From assembly GCA_015233115.1 (NCBI GenBank), contig JADFYJ010000006.1:595-64594 (forward strand): a stretch of DNA of 64,000 bases, written 5' to 3'. Source of the DNA: Candidatus Omnitrophota bacterium. GTDB taxonomy: Bacteria; Omnitrophota; Gorgyraeia; Zapsychrales; Zapsychraceae. This document shows positions 58,233 through 64,000 of this stretch, piece after piece. Positions within the stretch are counted from its first letter, which is position 1. The number at the start of each line of letters is the position of its first letter. A program made the position numbers and the translations under genes. A model generated the notes under the pieces. That model made no database searches. It had not been told where the DNA came from and worked only from the letters and a program-made list of their open reading frames with translations.

Positions 58233-58882
58233 TGAAAGTTGTTTTATTAGGGCCTCCAGGCGCAGGTAAAGGAACTTTAGCTGCAGCTATTAAAGACGGG
58301 TTAAACCTTTTGCACATTTCAACCGGAGATATTCTTCGCGCGGAAATGAAAGGCGGCACGCCATTAGGTTTGGAAGCCAAACGTTATGTCGAAAGCGGTG
58401 GTTTGGTTCCTGATGAATTGGTCACTCGTTTAGTTGAAAATAAATTGAAGAATTGCGGCGGAACAACGAATGGCTATTTGTTGGATGGTTTTCCGAGAAC
58501 AGTTCAGCAAGCGGAAGATTTAGATAAAATATTAAGTACTATGAAAACTCAAGTGGACTGTGCGTTATATATGGAAGCCACTTTGCCGGTCGTTTTACAA
58601 CGTTTGACAGGGCGTCGGGTGTGTAAGTCTTGCGGAGCGGTTTTTCATGTTACGAATATGCCTTCCCAAAAAGAAGGCGTGTGTGATAAATGCGGCGGTG
58701 AACTATATCAGCGTGCGGATGATAAAGAAGAAACCATCAAGAATCGGATGGATGTTTACGTAAAAAGTACATCGCCGATCATTGAATTTTACAACAAGCA
58801 AAATAAGCTAAAAAAGGTGAATGCGGATAAAGAATCTCAGGAAGTTAAAGAGATGGCTTTGCGCATCCTTAAAAATGGCTAG
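58232..58882 (+). CDS. adk: Adenylate kinase (zinc-binding lid)
   Basis: GPPGAGKGT P-loop and lid CKSCGAVFH...CDKCGG. Confidence 0.95.
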   Translation: MKVVLLGPPGAGKGTLAAAIKDGLNLLHISTGDILRAEMKGGTPLGLEAKRYVESGGLVPDELVTRLVENKLKNCGGTTNGYLLDGFPRTVQQAEDLDKILSTMKTQVDCALYMEATLPVVLQRLTGRRVCKSCGAVFHVTNMPSQKEGVCDKCGGELYQRADDKEETIKNRMDVYVKSTSPIIEFYNKQNKLKKVNADKESQEVKEMALRILKNG

Positions 58883-59624
58883 TATAAGCATTAAAACTAA
58901 AGAAGATTTAAAAATCTTGCAGGAAGCTGCAAAGATTTTACGCGGTATTATAGATCGATTAAAGTGCTCTTTAAAATCTGGAATGCGGACTCAAGATGTT
59001 GATGGTTTGGCGGGAATGATCATGAAGCAATTCAAAGTCAAGTCCGCGTTTAAAGGATATCGTGGTTATCCGGCCAATGTTTGTGTTTCCATTAATGATG
59101 AAGTCGTGCATGGTATTCCGGGAAGCCGTTTGATCAAAGAGGGCGATTTGGTGAGTATCGACGCGGGGATCATTCATAAGGGGTTTTACGCGGATATGGC
59201 TGTAACTGTTGGGATTGGAACGATCGACCAAGATCTTAAAAAAATGCTTTTAGTCGCAGAAGGGGCATTGATCAAAGGCATCGGACAAACACAGGTTGGC
59301 CATTATTTGTCGGATATATCGCATGCGATTCAAACTTATGTGGAAAGTAACGGGTTTTCTGTAGTACGCGAATTTGTTGGGCATGGAATCGGACGAGAAC
59401 TTCATGAAGATCCTGAAATTCCTAATTATGGTATTCCGAAACGTGGTCCTATTTTGCAAGAGGGAATGGTTTTTTGCATAGAACCGATGGTTAATCAAGG
59501 GGATTGGAAGACACGGATTTGCGATGATGGATGGACAGTGGTGACTATGGACGGAAAACCATCAGCCCATTTTGAACATATGGTGGCTATTACAAAAAAT
59601 GGCCCGTTAATTTTAACGCAGTAG
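58875..59624 (+). CDS. map: Methionine aminopeptidase type I
   Basis: The start chosen is MASISIKTKED, which overlaps the adk end by 8 nt. Metal ligands are ...DAGIIHKGFYADMA....HGIGRELHE... Confidence 0.9.
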   Translation: MASISIKTKEDLKILQEAAKILRGIIDRLKCSLKSGMRTQDVDGLAGMIMKQFKVKSAFKGYRGYPANVCVSINDEVVHGIPGSRLIKEGDLVSIDAGIIHKGFYADMAVTVGIGTIDQDLKKMLLVAEGALIKGIGQTQVGHYLSDISHAIQTYVESNGFSVVREFVGHGIGRELHEDPEIPNYGIPKRGPILQEGMVFCIEPMVNQGDWKTRICDDGWTVVTMDGKPSAHFEHMVAITKNGPLILTQ

Positions 59625-59633
59625 ACGGTAAAA

Positions 59634-59852
59634 ATGGCAAAAGAAGATCTAATAGAAGTTGAAGGTGTTGTAAAAGAGGCGTTGCCTAACGCGAAATTTA
59701 AAGTGGAGTTGGAGAACAACCACATTATTGAGGCGCACATTTCCGGAAAGATCCGTATGAATTTCATCCGTATTCTTCCTGGAGATAGGGTTAAAATGGA
59801 ATTGTCTCCATACGATTTGAGAAAAGGGCGGATTATCTACAGGGTTAAATAA
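59634..59852 (+). CDS. infA: Translation initiation factor IF-1
   Basis: [30 protein letters not shown]..., 72 aa. Confidence 0.95.
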   Translation: MAKEDLIEVEGVVKEALPNAKFKVELENNHIIEAHISGKIRMNFIRILPGDRVKMELSPYDLRKGRIIYRVK

Positions 59853-59853
59853 T

Positions 59854-59967
59854 ATGAAAGTAAAGTCATCAGTAAAAAGAATTTGTGGTAATTGTAAGAT
59901 CATTCGCCGTTGTGGAGTGGTCCGGGTGATCTGTACAAATCCAAAACATAAACAAAGACAAGGGTAG
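59854..59967 (+). CDS. rpmJ: 50S ribosomal protein L36
   Basis: 37-aa ORF not in the track: [37 protein letters not shown]. Confidence 0.85.
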   Translation: MKVKSSVKRICGNCKIIRRCGVVRVICTNPKHKQRQG

Positions 59968-59971
59968 AGAT

Positions 59972-60355
59972 ATGCCAAGAATTTTAGGTGTGGATATTCC
60001 TCGGGAAAAACGGATTGAAGCAGCTTTGCCGTATGTTTTCGGGGTTGGCCGGACGAATGTCAAGCAGATCCTGGCGCAAGCCAATATCAGTTTAGATCGC
60101 CGGGCTAAAGATTTAACCGATGAAGAAGTGGCCCGTATTACAGCGATTATCCAATCGAATTATGTCGTTGAAGGGGATCTCCGCCGGGATATAGCTCAGA
60201 ATGTTAAGCGTTTGATCGAGATCGGTTCTTATCGAGGCATGCGTCACCGTAAAGGTCTTCCGGTGCGTGGGCAAAGAACCAAAACAAATGCGCGAACACG
60301 CAAAGGGAAGAGATCTCAGGTCGGAGCTAAATTAAAGAAGAAGACTGACAATTAA
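59972..60355 (+). CDS. rpsM: 30S ribosomal protein S13
   Basis: [10 protein letters not shown]. Confidence 0.95.
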   Translation: MPRILGVDIPREKRIEAALPYVFGVGRTNVKQILAQANISLDRRAKDLTDEEVARITAIIQSNYVVEGDLRRDIAQNVKRLIEIGSYRGMRHRKGLPVRGQRTKTNARTRKGKRSQVGAKLKKKTDN

Positions 60356-60375
60356 TAATTGAGGTGAAGCAGTCC

Positions 60376-60789
60376 ATGGCACAAGATAAACAGCAACAAC
60401 AAATTAAGCGTAAAGATAAGGCCAAGAAAAAGGTCCTCAAAGGGATCACTCACGGCGTGGCGCATATTTGCGCGACTTTTAATAACACGATTGTGAGTAT
60501 TTCTGATGCTCAAGGTAATGTCATCAGCTGGGCAACTCCCGGTGGTGTAGGATTTAGCGGTTCTAAGAAATCGACTCCTTTCGCCGCTCAGGTCGCGAGT
60601 GCTGATGCTGCGAAAAAGGTTAAAGACTTAGGAATTAAGACCGTTGATGTTTTGGTCAAAGGGCCTGGCGCCGGACGTGAATCAGCGATCCGCGCATTAC
60701 AAGCATCAGGGCTTGTGGTCACATCAATTAAAGACGTAACGCCTCTGCCTCATAACGGATGTCGTCCTAAGAAAAAACGCAGAGTTTAA
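60376..60789 (+). CDS. rpsK: 30S ribosomal protein S11
   Basis: ATG at 60376 (MAQDKQ...) preceded by gaggtga. ...[18 protein letters not shown]... The track start at 60364 is an in-frame GTG. Confidence 0.9.
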   Translation: MAQDKQQQQIKRKDKAKKKVLKGITHGVAHICATFNNTIVSISDAQGNVISWATPGGVGFSGSKKSTPFAAQVASADAAKKVKDLGIKTVDVLVKGPGAGRESAIRALQASGLVVTSIKDVTPLPHNGCRPKKKRRV

Positions 60790-60817
60790 TTTAAAAGTAG
60801 GAAAGGGAGAAAAATAG

Positions 60818-61429
60818 ATGGCTAGATATACGGGTCCAGCATGCCGATTATGCCGCAGAGAAGGAATCAGCATTTGCGGTCACAAAAAATGCGCGCAGAC
60901 AAATCGTCCTTTTGCTCCGGGTCAACACGGCGCGGGAAAACGCACGAAATTGTCCAATTATGGTATTCAACTTCGTGAGAAACAAAAGGTTAAACGATTG
61001 TACGGTTTATTAGAAAAACAATTCCGTCTTTATTACGAAAAGGCTGCTGTTTCCAAGGGTGTCACAGGTACTGTGTTGCTTCAATTATTGGAAACCCGTT
61101 TGGATAACGTGATCTACCGTTCAGGTTTTGGCACGTCCCGTCCGCAAGCGCGGCAAATTGTCAGCCACGGGATGGTTTTTGTCAATAACCGGAAAGTCAA
61201 CATCGCTTCTTATCATGTGCAACAGGGCGATGAAGTGGAAGTCCGCGTGAAAGATAAATCAAAAAAATTCATCGAGAGCAATATTGAATGCTCGAAAGAC
61301 CGGACTATTCCGGAATGGCTTAAAGTAGACGCTAAGAATTTTAAAGGAATGATCGAACGGTTACCCGTGCGTGAAGACATTGTTTTCCCGATCAAAGAAC
61401 AGTTGATCGTCGAGCTTTATTCAAAATAA
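60818..61429 (+). CDS. rpsD: 30S ribosomal protein S4 (zinc-finger form)
   Basis: MARYTGPACRLCRREG. Confidence 0.95.
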   Translation: MARYTGPACRLCRREGISICGHKKCAQTNRPFAPGQHGAGKRTKLSNYGIQLREKQKVKRLYGLLEKQFRLYYEKAAVSKGVTGTVLLQLLETRLDNVIYRSGFGTSRPQARQIVSHGMVFVNNRKVNIASYHVQQGDEVEVRVKDKSKKFIESNIECSKDRTIPEWLKVDAKNFKGMIERLPVREDIVFPIKEQLIVELYSK

Positions 61430-61483
61430 TTTATGAACGGCCGGCGCCACGCATGACTTTGGCGCGGGATACAGGAGGAAGAC

Positions 61484-62473
61484 ATGGGAATTAAATGGCG
61501 TGATTTTCAGATGCCCAAGAGGCTTGATTGTGATGAAGCAAGTTATACCGATACCTACGGTAAATTCATCGCAGAACCGTTCGAACGGGGTTATGGTATT
61601 ACCTTGGGAAATTCATTACGCAGAGTTTTATTATCATCCATTGAAGGAAGCGCAGTCACATCCGTACGCGTGGAAGGCGCTCGTCATGAATACGCGACCA
61701 TCCCAGGCGTTATGGAATCTACGACTGAGATCATTTTGAATATTAAACAATTAGTCATCCGTTCTCATTCCAAAGTCCCTAAAAAGATTTTTATTCGCGC
61801 GGATAAAAAAGGCGTGATCAAAGCCGGGGATATTATTTGTGACGAGATGGTCGAAGTATTGAACCAGGATCTGCATATTGCCACTTTGACCCGTGATACC
61901 AAATTCGTCGTGGAAATGGAAGTTTCCCGCGGGCGCGGTTATGTGCCGGCCGAAGCCAATAAAAAAGATGCTGAACCGGATACGATTGCTATTGACTCTA
62001 TTTTTACTCCGATCGTTAAAGTCAGTTATGATGTCTCGAATACACGCGTCGGGCAAAAAACAGATTATGATCAGCTGGCGTTAGAAATCTGGACCAACGG
62101 TAGTATTAATCCTAAAGAAGCTTTACTTTACGCGTCTAATATTCTACAGCGACATTTAGATGTGTTTGTCAGTTATGGTCAGCTTCCCGAAGAAGAAGAG
62201 GAAGAAGAAGATATTTCGAATGAAGAGAAGTTGCTTTATGAAAAATTGCGTTTGCCGATTTCCGAGTTGGAGCTTTCGGTTCGCAGTGCCAATTGTTTGA
62301 AGGATGCGAATATCAAGACCATTGCTGACTTGGTTAAAAAGACTGAAGCGGAACTTTTAACTTTCCGTAATTTTGGTAAAAAATCTCTCACCGAGATCGA
62401 CGATCTTTTAAAAGTTATGGGATTACAGTTAGGAATGAAAGTTGATCCGAAGAAATTAAGGAAGAAAGAATAA
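61484..62473 (+). CDS. rpoA: DNA-directed RNA polymerase subunit alpha
   Basis: ...FERGYGITLGNSLRRVLLSSIEGSAVT..., 329 aa. Confidence 0.95.
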   Translation: MGIKWRDFQMPKRLDCDEASYTDTYGKFIAEPFERGYGITLGNSLRRVLLSSIEGSAVTSVRVEGARHEYATIPGVMESTTEIILNIKQLVIRSHSKVPKKIFIRADKKGVIKAGDIICDEMVEVLNQDLHIATLTRDTKFVVEMEVSRGRGYVPAEANKKDAEPDTIAIDSIFTPIVKVSYDVSNTRVGQKTDYDQLALEIWTNGSINPKEALLYASNILQRHLDVFVSYGQLPEEEEEEEDISNEEKLLYEKLRLPISELELSVRSANCLKDANIKTIADLVKKTEAELLTFRNFGKKSLTEIDDLLKVMGLQLGMKVDPKKLRKKE

Positions 62474-62474
62474 A

Positions 62475-63044
62475 ATGAAACACGGTCTATCTGGTAATAA
62501 GTTAAATAGGCAGCAAAGTCATAGAAAAGCCACGATGCGCGATATCGCTAAAGCGACGATATTGTGCCAACGCATCTGTACCACTAAAGCTAAGGCCAAA
62601 GAAGCCCGTAAATTGGTTGAGCAATTAATTACCATGGGTAAAAAAGGTACATTAGCGCACAAGCGTCAGGCTTTTGCGGTTTTGCAAGATCATGCTTTAG
62701 TTAGCAGTCTTTTTGGAACTATAGCTCCTTTATTTGCCAAACGTGCAGGCGGTTATACGCGAATCATTCCTTGGGTTAAACGCCGGGGAGATAACGCGGA
62801 AATGGTATTTCTTGAATTGACTGAAAAACGCGTCGAAGAAAAGAAAGAACCTAAAACAGCTGTCAAGAAATCCGAAGCAGTCGCAGCGCCTAAAAAAACT
62901 GAAGAGAAGAAAACGGTTGAAAAGAAAACGGCGGAAAAGAAAGCCGTTGAAAAGAAAACCGCGGACACGAAAGTGGCTGACAAAAAGACTTCAGAGAAAA
63001 AAGGCGGCGTTATGAAGAGGATGTTTGGAAAACGCGGCGAATAA
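62475..63044 (+). CDS. rplQ: 50S ribosomal protein L17 with Lys-rich repetitive C-terminal extension
   Basis: MKHGLSGNKLNRQQSHRKA... core. The tail consists of KKT(A/V)EKK repeats. Confidence 0.9.
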   Translation: MKHGLSGNKLNRQQSHRKATMRDIAKATILCQRICTTKAKAKEARKLVEQLITMGKKGTLAHKRQAFAVLQDHALVSSLFGTIAPLFAKRAGGYTRIIPWVKRRGDNAEMVFLELTEKRVEEKKEPKTAVKKSEAVAAPKKTEEKKTVEKKTAEKKAVEKKTADTKVADKKTSEKKGGVMKRMFGKRGE

Positions 63045-63060
63045 AAAAGGAGAGCGGCTG

Positions 63061-64000
63061 TGAAATTTAATCGGCGAATTGAGCAGGTGGTAGGTTCCAC
63101 AACATTGGCCATTACGGCTAAAGCCAAGGAATTGAAAGCTCAAGGGTTCGATGTGGTTAATTTTGCGGCAGGCGAACCGGATTTTGATACCCCAGATTCA
63201 ATTAAAAAAGCGGCGATCAAAGCTATTAACGACGGTTTAACCAAATATACTCCTAGTTCCGGTATTATAGAGTTAAGAAAAAGTATTGCCGCGAAATTCA
63301 AACGCGATAATAATTTAGAATATGCGCCGAATCAAATAGTTGTTTCATGCGGTGCCAAGCATTCGATTTATAATGTTATATTGTGCTTAGTTGACGACGG
63401 AGATGAAGTGATTGTTCCTTCTCCATATTGGGTCAGCTATCCAGAAATGATCAAAATTGCCGGTGGTGTGCCGAAGTATATTAAAACGACGGCATCCACC
63501 GGCTTTAAATTATCGGCACAACAGCTTTCCGATGCCGTTACTTCCAAGACCAAATTGCTTATCCTTAATTCTCCGTCTAATCCCACAGGTATGGTTTATT
63601 CTAAGGCAGAATTACAAGCTATCGCTGATGTCTGTGTCAAGAATAATATCTATGTGATTAGTGATGAAATCTACGAAGAACTGATTTACGATACCACCGA
63701 ATATACGTCAATTGCGTCTTTGGGAAAAGAAATTTATAATTTGACGATCACGGTTAATGGTGTGTCAAAAGCCTATGCCATGACGGGCTGGCGGATTGGT
63801 TATGCTGCCGGGTCGAAAGAAATTATGGAGGTAGTACAAAAACTTCAAGACCATTCAACGTCAAATCCAACGACGATCAGTCAATATGCCACGTTACAAG
63901 CGCTTAATGAGCCTAAAGAAATTACCAAAGGCATGCGAGACGAATTTCGTAAACGAAGAGATTTAATTTACAATTTGTTTTTAGATTGTCCTAAGGTAAA
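63061..64000 (+). CDS. Class I/II pyridoxal-phosphate aminotransferase (aspartate aminotransferase-like), 3' end outside window
   Basis: GTG start and an open frame running to the window end. ...NSPSNPTGMVYS... and ...SKAYAMTGWRIGY... (PLP-Lys) are class I aminotransferase motifs. Confidence 0.8.

Overview
The window is a roughly 42% GC bacterial chromosome segment that uses the standard genetic code; TGA is a stop (proA ends in TGA). Most of it is conserved housekeeping sequence, in this order:

- 1-4.1 kb: a trimeric bifurcating-type [FeFe] hydrogenase. The NuoE-like subunit is a 5'-truncated fragment, followed by the NuoF-like HydB and the H-cluster HydA.
- 4.4-12.7 kb: a type IV pilus locus with its own promoter and terminator. 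It holds a major pilin, two minor pilins, a PilX-like protein, a small membrane protein and pilMNOPQ.
- 12.8-21.1 kb: rng, rplU, obg, proB, proA, nadD, a phosphohexomutase and plsC.
- 21.2-28.6 kb: two huge in-frame ORFs (1411 and 1062 aa) separated by a single TAA codon. They carry a signal peptide, a UbiB/ABC1-type kinase core, a PPDK_N/PEP-utilising ATP-grasp-like domain, an HD phosphohydrolase motif and a 3x internal repeat. This is the most unusual coding content in the window.
- 28.8-31.8 kb: rpsA and tyrS.
- 31.8-63.0 kb: the large translation/transcription superoperon: tRNA-Thr, rpmG, tRNA-Trp, secE, nusG, rplKAJL, rpoBC, rpsLG, fusA, tuf, then the S10, spc and alpha operons. L30 is absent, L27 does not follow L21, and S5 and L17 carry extensions.
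- 63.1 kb to the end: a 3'-truncated class I aminotransferase.

Superimposed on this backbone are at least four families of short tandem-repeat blocks. They occur as inverted 'bracket' pairs around AT-rich intergenic or promoter regions: A (GTAACCGAG-type), B (GTATGT/ACATAC), C (GGTTGATGG/CCATAAACC) and D (26-nt GGGCGATC palindromes). There are also direct tandem repeats inside the spc operon and at the pilO/pilP junction. Several repeat blocks start exactly at stop codons of upstream genes.

No CRISPR array, rRNA or obvious transposon is present.
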